Positions 11,001 through 21,163 of a stretch of DNA of 64,000 nucleotides are shown here, in pieces; positions within the stretch are counted from its first letter, which is position 1; each line of letters begins with the position of its first letter. Position numbers and translations under genes: made by a program. The DNA is from an uncultured Planctomycetaceae bacterium. Its GTDB lineage: Bacteria; Planctomycetota; Planctomycetia; Isosphaerales; Isosphaeraceae. The stretch is taken from assembly GCA_963833985.1 (NCBI GenBank), contig CAWIAD010000002.1:5984001-6048000 (forward strand), written 5' to 3'. Below the pieces are notes generated by a model that searched no databases, was not told the origin of the DNA, and saw nothing but the letters and a program-made list of their open reading frames with translations.

Positions 11001-11366
11001 GGCGCCGAGCTGCGCGTCCGGCCGGTCGTCATGACCTCGCTGACGGCGGCCCTGGGCCTGTTTCCGGCCGCGATCGCCACGTCGATTGGCTCCCAGGCGC
11101 AGAGACCGCTGGGCATTGTGGTCGTGGGCGCGATGCTCTGCACGCTCTTCCTGACCCGTTACCTGATGCCCGTGCTCTACAGCTTCTTCCCGGCCCCCGC
11201 CGGCCATGGCGAGTGCAAGGCCGAGCTGATCCTCGGTTCGCATTACACCGACCGGTTCCTGCATCCCCAGCACTCTTCCGCTCATCCGGCCCATCCCTGG
11301 ACGGCCGGCGAAACGCCCGACCCCACCACTCCGGACAACGCCGACACGGGAGGACCCGGGACATGA
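8016..11366 (+). CDS. CusA/CzcA family heavy-metal RND efflux transporter
   Basis: 1116 aa; AIDFGIIVDSSVIIVEN, EFMPPLEEG, RVRPVVMT; His-rich C-terminal tail. Confidence 0.93.
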   Translation: MVRTLISWSLHNRFVVLLGTIALVAFGLHAAYNLNIEAYPDPTPPLVEVITQNPGTSPEEMERLIGIPIETALNGMPGLKYLRSISLAGLNDVKCIFEYGTDYWQARQEVINRIGMVSTLPQGVTPTLSPWSPTGEIVRYVLEGDGYTLNQLKAVQDWVLERQLRTVPGVIDVTGFGGTVKQYQVLLDTQLMKRYDVTLQMVTDAITQSNANVGGDVLPLGDQSHNVRAIGYLGEGIDSLEPGNAGRAYALEVEKLEDIQDVVVTTYRNMPVYIKQIARVVIGYQPRLGVVGRNDQNDVVEGIVLMRKYEKSLPTSNAVQKKIDELNAGGLLPKGMKIEPFNRRTDLVYVTRHNVLHNMLVGMGLVILILFIFLGDITSAGIVALMIPLAILFSVSVLYLQGKSANLLSIGAIDFGIIVDSSVIIVENIYRHITAPDADRTRPLVDRIIEASYEIERALFFSTLIIVCAFIPLFSMTGPEGALFGPMANTYAFAICGALILAVTLTPVLCSFLFANKSEEKETFIDRIMKLRYLVMLDKILRHRYLLLASMGSLLAFTIWLIPGLGGEFMPPLEEGNLWIRALLPRTVTLQEAARMAPRLRAVIGSIPEIRAVMSHVGRPDDGTDVTSYYNLEFNAPLIPMEEWRRKPVKIFGKEIWQRTITREEIQNELMKKFEIFPGINFNFSQLIRDNVEEALSGVKGANSIKLFGNDLKKLEEAGQRVINILNTVPGISNAGLFHIIGQPNLEIQIDRHECARYGINVSDVEAVVQVAVGGRAFTQMIEGEKRFDIVLRLPKHQRDDPEVIERITVDTPGQDGKPGARVPLQQVAKIDPHKPGAAYIYRENNRRYIPIKFSVQGRDLASTIAEARRKVMDPVHGAKLPEGYDIDWSGEFQQMEEANARLLWIVPISIVLIMVLLYTAFSSIKDSILVMVNVLEASMGGILALWITGTPFSISAAVGFVSVFGVAVQDGVLLISYFNQLREAGLPVRESVMRGAELRVRPVVMTSLTAALGLFPAAIATSIGSQAQRPLGIVVVGAMLCTLFLTRYLMPVLYSFFPAPAGHGECKAELILGSHYTDRFLHPQHSSAHPAHPWTAGETPDPTTPDNADTGGPGT

Positions 11367-12714
11367 AGATCTCCTGGAAGCTCATGCTCTTTCTTGCCGT
11401 GCTGGCCGGGATCGGCACCTGGCTGACCCTCGACGAGCGGACGCGCGCCCGCGTCGAGCGGGTCTGGCATAGGCTTGCCGTTTCCACTGTTCAGGCCGGC
11501 GAGCCTCAGACCAGCAAGCTCTGGACTCCGGATGCCTCGCCGGCTGCGCGCTGGAATCACAGGCTCAGCTTGACTCCCGAGCAAGTGCAGGGAATTGGAC
11601 TGAAGACTGCCATTGTGGAGAAGCAGACTCTCCCCATGCTCTTGCGGCTGAGCGGAACGACCGACTACGACCCCGCCAAGCTGACGGTCGTGCGCGCCCA
11701 GTTCGACAGCCGGGTGGAGGAGGTCCTTGTCGACCTGGGATCGGTCGTCAAGGTTGGCGACCCGCTGCTGGAGCTCTTCAGCACCGACCTGGCCGTGGCC
11801 AAGAACGACTACGAAACGGCCATCAGCCAGCACGCCCGCGACAAGAAGGTGCTCGAGAACAAGTCGCCGCTGGCCGAGACCAACGCGATTCCGCGCAAGG
11901 ACCTGATCGAGGCTCAGAACGACGAGGCCAAGAGCAACCTGCAAATGAAGCTCGCTCGTGACAAGCTCCTGGTCTTTGGCCTGACCGAGGCGGAGATCAA
12001 CGCGGTTCCCAAGGAAGACGGAGTGAAGAAGGCCAAGATGTTCCTCCGCGCCGGGCGCCGGGAATCGTCATCAAACGGACGGCCGTCCGCGGCAACTACT
12101 ATGACTCCAAGGATGAGCTGATGCAAATAGCGCCGCTGGAACGGCTCTGGGTCCGCGGTACCGTCAGCGAGCTTGACGCCGATAAGGTCAAGGAAGGGCA
12201 GAAGCTGAAAGTCGTCTTCCCTTACTCCGGTCGGACCATCGACGGCCAGGTCGAGTACGTGGACAAGGCGATTGACATGGACACACGCGCGGCCAAGTTC
12301 CGCGCCTCGATTCCCAATCCCGACGGCAAGCTCAAGGCGGCGATGTTCGTGCGCGTCCTGCTCGAAGTGCCACCTGAGCAAGGTCAGACGGTGATCCCGC
12401 GCGGCGCGATGGTCTCGGTCGACCGCGTCGATTATGTCTACGTCAAGGAGGCCGGCCCCGACAACAAGTTTGATCGCCGGCCCATTCTCGTCGCCAAGGA
12501 AAACAACGATTTCGTCCTTGTCGCTCCCCCCGCGCCAGGTATCAGAGAGCTGAAACCGGGCGAGGAGGTGGTCGCCACCGGCAGCCTCATCCTCGAGCAG
12601 ATGTACGAGGACCGGGTCATGCTGGAGGGCGAATTCCTCTCCACCCAGCCGGAACTCGACGAGAAGCTGGACCCGCTCAAGAGCCACAACGTCTCGATCT
12701 CGGTCGAGCACTGA
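11363..12714 (+). CDS. RND periplasmic adaptor (CzcB/CusB-like MFP), frameshift at about 12051
   Basis: ATGA overlap with the RND gene; N-terminal anchor, lipoyl half VDLGSVVKVGDPLLE; ORFs 11213..12121 and 12121..12714 join if one C is added (..LRARAPGIVIKRT..). Confidence 0.88.
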
Positions 12715-12869
12715 TTTCTGCCGGGTGAGCCGACAAGACCCACTTCAGAAACGGCCCCGGATGGCCGATGAAGGACTGTACGGGTTATAGCAATCGCGCC
12801 GATTGCCCGGGCGAGCCGGACGCCGAGGCTGGCCGCAGCTTCCATCAGGCCAGGAAGGCTGTCGATGCA

Positions 12870-14486
12870 ATGATGGATCATGCGTTGCGACACAGTCGGC
12901 TTGCCAGCCTCCTCTTGCTGGGATCCTGGCTGCATGCGTTCGACTGCGATGCGCATGCACAGGGACCCGGAACCTCGCCGACGCCTTCCCAGATCGGGGG
13001 GTCGACTTCCGTCCTGGGAGGCGCACCAGGTGCCGGGGGCGGTAGCTACGGCAACCTACCCGGTGCCGGCGGCTTCTTGAGCAATCGCGCGGGCACGACG
13101 GCACCGAAGGGCATACCCACGGCCGTGGTCAACCCCGCGACGGCACCGTCCCCTACTATGCTACAGTCAGGCATCAGCGCACCGCAGCCCGAGCCTCTGT
13201 CCGGCTCCGCAGCCCCCTTCGTCGGACCGCTCGCGCTCCCCTCAGGCCCCGAGGATGACGGCCCCCCGGGCGGGCTGACGCTTGACCAGGCCATCGAGAT
13301 CACGCTTGAACGTAGCCGGGACCTTCGGGCCAAGTACTACGAGATCCCCCAGGCCAGGGCCGACGTCCTTCAGGCCAGCCTGCGCGCGAATCCCGTATTT
13401 TACCAGGATGGTCAGCTCGTCCCCTATCCGGGCTACCATTTCAACCGGTCAGTCACCGGCGGGCCCACGCAGTACGACACGAACGTGACGTTCCTTCTCG
13501 ACATCGCCCGCCAGCGCCAGGCCCGTACCGCGGTGGCCGAGCGTGCCGAGAAGGTGCTGGAGGCACAGTTCCAGGAGGCCGTCCGGCAGCGGATCGATGA
13601 TGTGTACGATGCCTACGTACTGGGTGCTCTGTCGGCGCGGCAGATCGTCCGCTACTCGCGCGTCAGTGTCCAGGGGACGCGGAGTCTCTTTCTCAAGTAC
13701 CAGGAGCTCTACAAGCGCGGCAGCGCTTCTCTGGGCGATCTGAACCGGATCAAGATCCAGTTCCGCACGGCCCAGCTTGGCCTTGCCGATGCGGAGACGG
13801 CCTACCGCAAGGCCAAGCTCGACCTCGGATCGCTTCTGAATCTGACCCGTGAAGAAGTCGATAAGATGGAGCTGCGCGGCACCATCTACGATACCCAGCC
13901 TGCGCCGCCTGCGGTGGAGGAGCTGCGGAGAATCGCGCTGGAATCGCGGCCCGACATCAACTCCTACCGGCTGGGCGTCGTCCGTGCCGAGGCCGATGTG
14001 CGGCTTGCCCGAGCCAATCGCTATGCGAACCCGTACCTTCTCTTCCAGCCCTACACCTACCAGGATAACGCACCCTACGGCCTCCGCAGTGCGGTCTCGT
14101 ATGCACTGGGAGTGACGGTCCCCTTGCCGATCTTCAACCGCAACCAGGGAGGCATCCAGCGCGCGGTGCTCAACGTCGCGCAAACCCAGATCGAGCTGTC
14201 CGACGTGGAGCGTCAGGCACTGGTGGACGTGGAGAAGGCGGTTCAGGAGTACCAGGTTTCGTTGCGCGAGGTCAACGAGCTCTCGCAGGATGTCATACCG
14301 GCGGCGAAACAGGTCCGCGACGAGGCCTTCCGGTTGCTCAATGCGGGTGAGAAAAGCGTTGTCGAGTTCATCGCCGCCCAGCAGGAGTTCAACCAGATCG
14401 CCAAGCAGTACCTCGACACGGCCATCCGCCATCGCCGCAGCATGGTGAACCTGAACACGGTCACCGGCAAACGAATATTGCCATGA
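12870..14486 (+). CDS. TolC/CzcC family outer membrane factor
   Basis: LTLDQAIEITLE, RPDI, VPLPIFNRNQG, GEKSVVEFI motifs; follows the RND and MFP genes; start uncertain. Confidence 0.88.
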   Translation: MMDHALRHSRLASLLLLGSWLHAFDCDAHAQGPGTSPTPSQIGGSTSVLGGAPGAGGGSYGNLPGAGGFLSNRAGTTAPKGIPTAVVNPATAPSPTMLQSGISAPQPEPLSGSAAPFVGPLALPSGPEDDGPPGGLTLDQAIEITLERSRDLRAKYYEIPQARADVLQASLRANPVFYQDGQLVPYPGYHFNRSVTGGPTQYDTNVTFLLDIARQRQARTAVAERAEKVLEAQFQEAVRQRIDDVYDAYVLGALSARQIVRYSRVSVQGTRSLFLKYQELYKRGSASLGDLNRIKIQFRTAQLGLADAETAYRKAKLDLGSLLNLTREEVDKMELRGTIYDTQPAPPAVEELRRIALESRPDINSYRLGVVRAEADVRLARANRYANPYLLFQPYTYQDNAPYGLRSAVSYALGVTVPLPIFNRNQGGIQRAVLNVAQTQIELSDVERQALVDVEKAVQEYQVSLREVNELSQDVIPAAKQVRDEAFRLLNAGEKSVVEFIAAQQEFNQIAKQYLDTAIRHRRSMVNLNTVTGKRILP

Positions 14487-14602
14487 CCGTGGCAGGCAAG
14501 GGCAACTTGTCAAAGCCCCGGTGTCGCTTGTGCCGATGTTTCAGGAGGGTTGAGGGGCGGGGCCGCGGGACCGGTTGAATTGCCAGGCCGGGGGAGAGAT
14601 CG

Positions 14603-15427
14603 ATGCGACAACGCACCACACGCGGCTGCAAGCCGGCCCTCGAGGCGATGGAAGACCGCGCGCTGCTCTCCCTGGTCACCGACGTCCTGGCGGGAAACTA
14701 CAACGCCATGGTCCATTCGCCCAAGGTGCAAGCCCTGATGCGGGGCGTGACCAGCCCGGCACAGGCGCCGCCCGCATTCGGAGGAGGGGCTGCCACCAGC
14801 AGCTCTTCGAGCGGAAATGCCAGGTTCACCCCGACATCCCAGTCCATCGCCGTTCCTTCCAACCAGGGCTTCCAGGCACCCGCGAACCCAGGCTACAACC
14901 TGGTGATCCAGCCCACCGGCACCGCAACCCAGACGGAGGTCAAGAAGCAGCTCTTCAAGGCGGTCTACCGCGGGCCCTACGTGATCCAGCCGGGTAACTT
15001 CAGCAGCCAGGCCATGCTGGTGAACATCCGCGGCGCGGGAACCAACACCACGATGCTGCACAGCGATATCCAGCTCCGGCTGGCCGTGGCGACCGATCCC
15101 TCGCTCCAGACCACCGGAACTTCCGCGATCTTCGACCGCAATCTCAACTCCAACACGGTGCTCGGCCTCGACCTGGCCACTCCCCGCACCAGCGTCGATG
15201 CGGGCGGCAGGCCGAACGTGATCAACAGCGTGACGCTGGATGTGAACGCGAGCTCGGGCGTCTACGACGAGGGCTATGTTCAGGGAGTCATCGACATTCA
15301 CTACTATCCCTCGAGCAAGAAAATGCCCGGCGCCCTCGAGCAGGGGACCGCGGTCGTGAAGATCTATGCCCAGATCTACGCTCCGAACGTCGGATTCATT
15401 CTCCGCAACACGGATATCAACCCCTGA
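14603..15427 (+). CDS. Planctomycete secreted protein with LEPR-XLL-like N-terminal motif
   Basis: N-terminus RGCKPALEAMEDRALLS; beta-rich, T/N/V-rich body; strong coding bias. Confidence 0.75.
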   Translation: MRQRTTRGCKPALEAMEDRALLSLVTDVLAGNYNAMVHSPKVQALMRGVTSPAQAPPAFGGGAATSSSSSGNARFTPTSQSIAVPSNQGFQAPANPGYNLVIQPTGTATQTEVKKQLFKAVYRGPYVIQPGNFSSQAMLVNIRGAGTNTTMLHSDIQLRLAVATDPSLQTTGTSAIFDRNLNSNTVLGLDLATPRTSVDAGGRPNVINSVTLDVNASSGVYDEGYVQGVIDIHYYPSSKKMPGALEQGTAVVKIYAQIYAPNVGFILRNTDINP

Positions 15428-15531
15428 CGTCCCAGCCCAGCCGGCATCTCCTGGCAGACGTCCAGATGCGCCGATTACAATGAAGTGACACCGCGGAGGT
15501 GCCCTCTGAGGCCGCATCGGGGAAAGTGCAT

Positions 15532-17547
15532 ATGCGACGAGCCATCCGCAACTTCATCCTGGCTGGATTCGCCCTGGTGGTCTGGGGAGGGTTGGAATGG
15601 GCGGCAGCCAGCGAACCGTCCGGTCCGTCTGAATCCAGGGTGCAGCCGCTAGCCTTGCAGCCGCTTCCGCTCGGTCAGATCAAACCCGCGGGCTGGCTGC
15701 ACGCGCAGCTGCGAACGCAGGCCGCCGGGCTCGGTGGTCATCTGGACGAGTTCTGGCCCGACATCAAGGACAGTGCCTGGATTGGTGGCAAGGCGGAGGG
15801 CTGGGAGCGCGTGCCCTACTGGCTTGACGGCGTCGTTCCGCTGGCCTACCTGCTGGAAGATCGAACGCTCCAGGCAAAGATCAAGCCGTTCATCGATTCC
15901 ATTCTGAACCGCCAGCATGCGGACGGCTGGCTGGGGCCGGTGGGCGACTCCGGGGGGCACAAGCCCTATGACGTCTGGCCGCTCTTTCCCTTGTTCAAGG
16001 CACTCATCCAGTATCAGGAGGCCACCGGAGATCCGCGCGTCATCCCCTCACTTTTGAAGTGCTGCAAGAAGATCGACCAGGTGATTGACCGCACGCCGCT
16101 CTATAGCTGGGCAAAGATGCGCGTGGCCGATCTCGCGGTCAGCCTCTACTGGCTGCATGCGAAGACCGGTGAAGGCTGGCTGCTGGACCTCGCCCGCAAG
16201 GCGTTCACTCAAAGTCATGACTGGCGGGCACAATGTGAGGACTTCAAGTTCACAGCCAGGTCGCAAGGCCACCTGGACCTGGACAACCACGGCGTGAACA
16301 ACGCCATGGCGCTCAAGTATGCCGCGCTGCGCTACCTGTTCACGGGCGGCACCGCCGACAAAACCGCCATCGGGTCAATGCTCGACCTGCTCGACCGGTA
16401 CCACGGACAGGCCACCGGTATCTTCACCTGCGACGAGCATCTCGCCGGTCGGAATCCGTCTCAGGGAACCGAGCTCTGCACCGTGGTCGAGGCCATGTTC
16501 TCGCTGGAATGGATGGCTGCCGTGAGCGGCAACGCCCGCATGGGCGACCGGCTTGAGAAGCTGGCCTACAATGCCTTACCCGCCACCTTCAAGAAAGATA
16601 TGACCGCGCACCAGTATGATCAGCAGTGCAATCAGGTTCTCTGCACCAGGCAGGGCGAGCACATCTATACGAGCAACAATGCCGACGCGAACCTGTACGG
16701 TCTGGAGCCAAACTTCGGCTGCTGCACGGCCAACTTTCACCAGGGCTGGCCGAAGTTCGCGTCGAGCCTGTGGATGAAGACCGCCGATGGAGGTCTCGCC
16801 GCGGTGGCCTACGCTCCTTGCACCGTGGAAACGACGCTCCAGGGCAAGCCGGTGAAGCTGGAAGTCACCACGGATTACCCGTTCCGCGACGTGATCCGGA
16901 TCGCCGTGACCGTGACCGAGCCGATGAGCTTTCCGCTCCACCTGCGCATCCCCGAGTGGTCTTCCGAGGCTGAGCTCGAGGCGCCATCGGGGGCGGTCGA
17001 TGTCGAGGGGGCCACCCCCGGCCCGGACGCGCCGGGGACCTTGAAGATCAAGCGGCCAGGCGCGTTTCTCAGGATCTCGGGAGGCTGGTCCGCGACCAGG
17101 AAGATCACGCTCCGCCTGCCGATGAACGCCCGCCTCTACCGGGGGTTCAACGACGCCGTGGCGATCGAGCGCGGTCCACTGGTCTACGCCTTGAAGGTCG
17201 GGACGCAGTGGAAGAAGCTCAAGGACAACCCGCAGTTTGCCGACTGGGAGGTCTCTCCAACCTCACCCTGGAGCTACGGGCTTGTGCTCGACCGCAACCG
17301 TCCGGAACGGTCCGTGCGATTCGAGGAACGGCCGGTTGGAGACCCTCCGTTTCAGGCCGAGTTCCCTGCCGATGTTGCAAGGGTCCAGGCAAGGCGACTC
17401 CCTGGCTGGAGCGTGGTCCGGGGAGCAGCAGCCCCGCCTCCGCCCAGCCCGTGCCGGAGCGACGAGCCGCTCGAGGAGCTGACGCTGGTTCCATACGGCT
17501 GCACCGATTTGCGAATCACCGAGTTCCCCACGCTCTCGCCTCGCTGA
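15532..17547 (+). CDS. Beta-L-arabinofuranosidase-like glycoside hydrolase (GH127/GH146)
   Basis: Signal peptide; HGVN, GTELCTVVE, FGCCTANFHQGWPKF, ERGPLVY motifs. Confidence 0.85.
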   Translation: MRRAIRNFILAGFALVVWGGLEWAAASEPSGPSESRVQPLALQPLPLGQIKPAGWLHAQLRTQAAGLGGHLDEFWPDIKDSAWIGGKAEGWERVPYWLDGVVPLAYLLEDRTLQAKIKPFIDSILNRQHADGWLGPVGDSGGHKPYDVWPLFPLFKALIQYQEATGDPRVIPSLLKCCKKIDQVIDRTPLYSWAKMRVADLAVSLYWLHAKTGEGWLLDLARKAFTQSHDWRAQCEDFKFTARSQGHLDLDNHGVNNAMALKYAALRYLFTGGTADKTAIGSMLDLLDRYHGQATGIFTCDEHLAGRNPSQGTELCTVVEAMFSLEWMAAVSGNARMGDRLEKLAYNALPATFKKDMTAHQYDQQCNQVLCTRQGEHIYTSNNADANLYGLEPNFGCCTANFHQGWPKFASSLWMKTADGGLAAVAYAPCTVETTLQGKPVKLEVTTDYPFRDVIRIAVTVTEPMSFPLHLRIPEWSSEAELEAPSGAVDVEGATPGPDAPGTLKIKRPGAFLRISGGWSATRKITLRLPMNARLYRGFNDAVAIERGPLVYALKVGTQWKKLKDNPQFADWEVSPTSPWSYGLVLDRNRPERSVRFEERPVGDPPFQAEFPADVARVQARRLPGWSVVRGAAAPPPPSPCRSDEPLEELTLVPYGCTDLRITEFPTLSPR

Positions 17548-17620
17548 CCATCGAGGACGACGGGCTCGTCACCGAGCACGCAGGCCAGGCCCGCCGCGGC
17601 TTCGATCCTCGAGCATCTCC

Positions 17621-20600
17621 ATGGACACCCTTCACGAACCTCGCCGCAACTCCGTGCTCGAGAGTCCGGGCCTGCCGCCCTGGCGCTCGATCGTCGTGAA
17701 GCTGACGCTCTTCGTGGGGGTGCTCGTCGCGGTCACCGCCGGCAGCCTGATCTCGGTGGGTTTCTATTCCACCAGCCGCATGCTCCGCGACCAGATTGAC
17801 AGCCGGCTCTCGGCAATGGCCGACGACCGCCAGGCCTTGCTCATGGACGGGCTGCTGCATGTCGAGGAGCAGGTGCGCATCCTCACGAGCCGGTACCGGC
17901 TGCTCGATGTCCTTGACCACCAGGCGGGTGTGGTGATCCCGGCCGATCGACTACAGGGAAACGGGGAGCGTACGCTGGACGGCGTGCGGCACGACACCGA
18001 TGGGCTGCTTGCGCTCTGGGTCGAAGATCCCGCGGGCAGGCTGCTGATCTCCAGCGGCCCGCCAGCCTTGCTGGACCTGTTCGCCGCCGATGCGCGTGCG
18101 CCGCACGCTGCCAGCCGCAACCCCGCTCTGATCGGTTTTCCCCGCCGCTTCGGCGTCACCTCCGCCGCGCTCTATCGCACGCCGGCGCGTTCACGATCAC
18201 GCGGAATCATCGGGCAACTGCTGCTGGTTATCGACGTGGGGTCGATTCTTTCTGCGCTCTCCGATCCGCAGCGTCTGGGAGCGACCGGAGAGGTGCTGCT
18301 GGCGGTCCAGGAAGACGAAAAAACGCACTACCTGGTTCCTCCCCGGCTGACGCCGGACGCGCAGGTGTTTCCTGCCTCCGCCACTCCCGCCATGAACCGG
18401 GCCATCGCCGGCGAGCTTGGGTTCATGAGGACGCACGACCGGCTGGGCCACGAGGTGCTGGCCGCCTTCCGTCCGGCGGGATACGAGCGCTGGGGACTGG
18501 TTGCCAAGATGGATGTGGATGAGGCGTACGCGCCGGTCAATCGCCTGCGCCGGCTCATGCTCCTGATTGGCGGATCGATCCTAACCCTGGGGCTGGCCGC
18601 GTCGTACCTGATCGCCCGCCAGAGCGCGCGGCCGATTCGCAGGCTGGCTGCGACCGCAGACGCCATGGCCCGGGGCCAGCCAGGCGCCCGCATCGAGGTG
18701 AACACACGCGACGAGATTGGCATCCTGGGGCTCGCGTTCGATCGCATGACCGAGCAGCTTGCACGGTCGCACGCGGAGCTCGAACAGCGGATCCTCGAAC
18801 GCACGCGCGATCTGGAAGCGATGCGCGACCTGCTCGATGCCTTCTTCCAGATCTTCACTTCGCGTCTCGACCCGCAGAACATCGATCGCACGTTCGACTC
18901 CGTCTTACGCTTCTGCCACCAACTGGGCTACGATCTGGCGATGATCTCTCTGGTGGATCGTCCGTCCGGCGTGATCCGGGGTATCCGCGGCGCGGGCACC
19001 ATGGCCGAAGTTGTCGGGGAGACGGTCAGGCCGCTGGACGGCGACGATATTCTGGCCGTCGTCGTCCGGTCGGGACGCTCGGTGGTGATCAGCGATTCCC
19101 TGTTTGATCCGCGCTGTGACCGGTTGGCCGTCCAGCAGGCACGGATCTGCGGCCAGATCATCTTGCCGCTGGTGGGAGTGGAAGTGCTGGGCACGCTCCA
19201 GGTGGCGACTCCCGATCGGCTCGACCCGGAGCGAGTCGATCTGCGTCCCCTCGAGTCGCTCGCCAGCCACACGGCACGGGCGCTTGACAGCCTGAACCAG
19301 CTCGAGGAGATTCGCCGGCTCAGTCACAGCCAGGAGGTGCAGGCCCAGGAACTGGTCAAGTCCTCTGCCGCCTTGAGGGAACAGACCCGACTCCTGCAAC
19401 TGGTTCTCGACTGCATGCGCGAGGGGGTCGTCGTCGCCGACCGCGAGGCGCGGATCCTGGTGTTCAATCCGGCCGCCGAGCGCATCCTCGGCCGCAGCAA
19501 CGGCCTGGCGGCGCCCGACCGCTGGGATCCGCTGTACCAGGTGTATGGGCCGGACCGGATCACCCGGTATACACCCGATGAACTTCCGCTCTACCGCGCA
19601 ATCGGAGGGGAATCCATCGATCATGCGGAGCTGTACATTGCTCATCCCAGCCTTCAGGACGGATCGTGGATGCTCGTCAATGCCCGTCCATTGCGCGATG
19701 ACCAGGGGCAGATCCAGGGGGGGCTGGTCGTCTTCCACGACGTCACGCGCCTCAAGAAAGACGAGCGCCGGCTTGACGTCCAGTATGCAGCCACCCGGGT
19801 TCTCTCCGAGGTCGATTCCCTGGCCGAGGCGAACCCCCGGATCCTGGAAATCATCGGCCAGCGGCTGGACTGGGACCTGGGGGCGTTCTGGAGACTGGAT
19901 CCCGGTTCCCACCAGCTTCGCTGCGTCACATTCTGGCACGCTCAGGGAGCGACGTTCCCGCGGTTTGAGGAAATCAGCCGGCGGATCACCTTTGCGCCTG
20001 GTTCCGGCATTCCCGGCCGCGTATGCTCTGACCGCGCGGCTGCCTGGATCGGTGACCTGACGAGTGACCCGAACCTGCCGCGCCGGGATGCCGCGACCGC
20101 CGACGGGCTCAAGTCCGCCTTTGCATTCCCCGTCCTGGTGCGCGGCGACTGCCTGGGAGTGCTCGAGTTCTACAGTCGCGTGGCGCGCGCCCCGGACCCG
20201 GGTCTGCTGGAGATGATGACGAACCTGGGCACGCAGATCGGCCAGTTCATTGATCGCCACCAGATGCACGCCCGCGTGGTTCAATCCGAGAAGCTGGCCT
20301 CGCTTGGAATGCTCAGCGCGGGGGTGGCTCATGAAATCAATAACCCTCTCGCCTACATTGCCAACAACCTGGCCGTCCTGGAGCGCGACCTGGGCTCTCT
20401 GCTGGAGCTCATGGCCGCCTACGAAAAGTCGCATGAGCTGCTGGCCGCCAGCCAGCCAGAGGTTCTGGAGCAGATCCGCCGGCTCAGCGAGGATTGCGAT
20501 CTTCCCTATATCCGGCAGAACCTGGACAAGATCCTGGCAAGCACGCGGCAGGGCGTGAAACGCGTGGCCGAGATCGTGCACAACCTGCGCGGATTCGCTC

Positions 20601-21079
20601 GGCTCGACCGCGCCGCCGTGGATCAGATTGATGCCCATGAGGCCATCGCCACGGCGCTCGAGATGATCCGCGGCCGGCTCAACCGCCGCCACATCGCGCT
20701 CGAGGAATGCAAGGGTGAAATTCCCCTTATCCCAGCATCTCCAGCACAGATCAACCAGGTGTTCTTGAACCTGCTGGTGAACGCCATGCAGGCCATCGAG
20801 ACGACGCACCAGGAAGACGGCCGGATCACGATCCGCACCCTGTGTGACGGGCCTGATGTCATCGTCGAGATCGTTGACAACGGCTGCGGCATCCCGGCGG
20901 ACGTCCTGCCCCACATCTTCGACCCCTTCTTCACCACGAAGTCGGTCGGCGACGGTACGGGCCTGGGGCTGAGCATCACCCACGGCATCGTGCAGGACCA
21001 CGGAGGCCGTATGGAAGTGGAGAGCACCCCGGGAAAAGGCACCTGCTTCCGGGTGATCCTGCCGGTGACGCGGCATTGA
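17621..21079 (+). CDS. Membrane sensor histidine kinase (Cache-like, HAMP, GAF, PAS, GAF, HisKA, HATPase)
   Basis: Two TM helices; DEIGILGLAFDRM HAMP; AGVAHEINNPL H-box; QVFLNLLVNA, DNGCGIP, FDPFFTTK, GTGLGL. Confidence 0.93.
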   Translation: MDTLHEPRRNSVLESPGLPPWRSIVVKLTLFVGVLVAVTAGSLISVGFYSTSRMLRDQIDSRLSAMADDRQALLMDGLLHVEEQVRILTSRYRLLDVLDHQAGVVIPADRLQGNGERTLDGVRHDTDGLLALWVEDPAGRLLISSGPPALLDLFAADARAPHAASRNPALIGFPRRFGVTSAALYRTPARSRSRGIIGQLLLVIDVGSILSALSDPQRLGATGEVLLAVQEDEKTHYLVPPRLTPDAQVFPASATPAMNRAIAGELGFMRTHDRLGHEVLAAFRPAGYERWGLVAKMDVDEAYAPVNRLRRLMLLIGGSILTLGLAASYLIARQSARPIRRLAATADAMARGQPGARIEVNTRDEIGILGLAFDRMTEQLARSHAELEQRILERTRDLEAMRDLLDAFFQIFTSRLDPQNIDRTFDSVLRFCHQLGYDLAMISLVDRPSGVIRGIRGAGTMAEVVGETVRPLDGDDILAVVVRSGRSVVISDSLFDPRCDRLAVQQARICGQIILPLVGVEVLGTLQVATPDRLDPERVDLRPLESLASHTARALDSLNQLEEIRRLSHSQEVQAQELVKSSAALREQTRLLQLVLDCMREGVVVADREARILVFNPAAERILGRSNGLAAPDRWDPLYQVYGPDRITRYTPDELPLYRAIGGESIDHAELYIAHPSLQDGSWMLVNARPLRDDQGQIQGGLVVFHDVTRLKKDERRLDVQYAATRVLSEVDSLAEANPRILEIIGQRLDWDLGAFWRLDPGSHQLRCVTFWHAQGATFPRFEEISRRITFAPGSGIPGRVCSDRAAAWIGDLTSDPNLPRRDAATADGLKSAFAFPVLVRGDCLGVLEFYSRVARAPDPGLLEMMTNLGTQIGQFIDRHQMHARVVQSEKLASLGMLSAGVAHEINNPLAYIANNLAVLERDLGSLLELMAAYEKSHELLAASQPEVLEQIRRLSEDCDLPYIRQNLDKILASTRQGVKRVAEIVHNLRGFARLDRAAVDQIDAHEAIATALEMIRGRLNRRHIALEECKGEIPLIPASPAQINQVFLNLLVNAMQAIETTHQEDGRITIRTLCDGPDVIVEIVDNGCGIPADVLPHIFDPFFTTKSVGDGTGLGLSITHGIVQDHGGRMEVESTPGKGTCFRVILPVTRH

Positions 21080-21163
21080 GCCCGCCGCCTGGACGGTCGT
21101 TGCGCAGGGTGCCCTCACCGGTCTGGCTCACACACGCCCGGCGTCCACGGCAAGCGTCGTCCC

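Noticed and set aside
8259..11294. Very long antisense ORFs (also 1349..3349, 18905..21118, 33207..34784, 38079..39764, 53858..55594)
   Set aside because: They are shadows of real genes on the opposite strand, expected from high-GC codon bias; no recognisable motifs.
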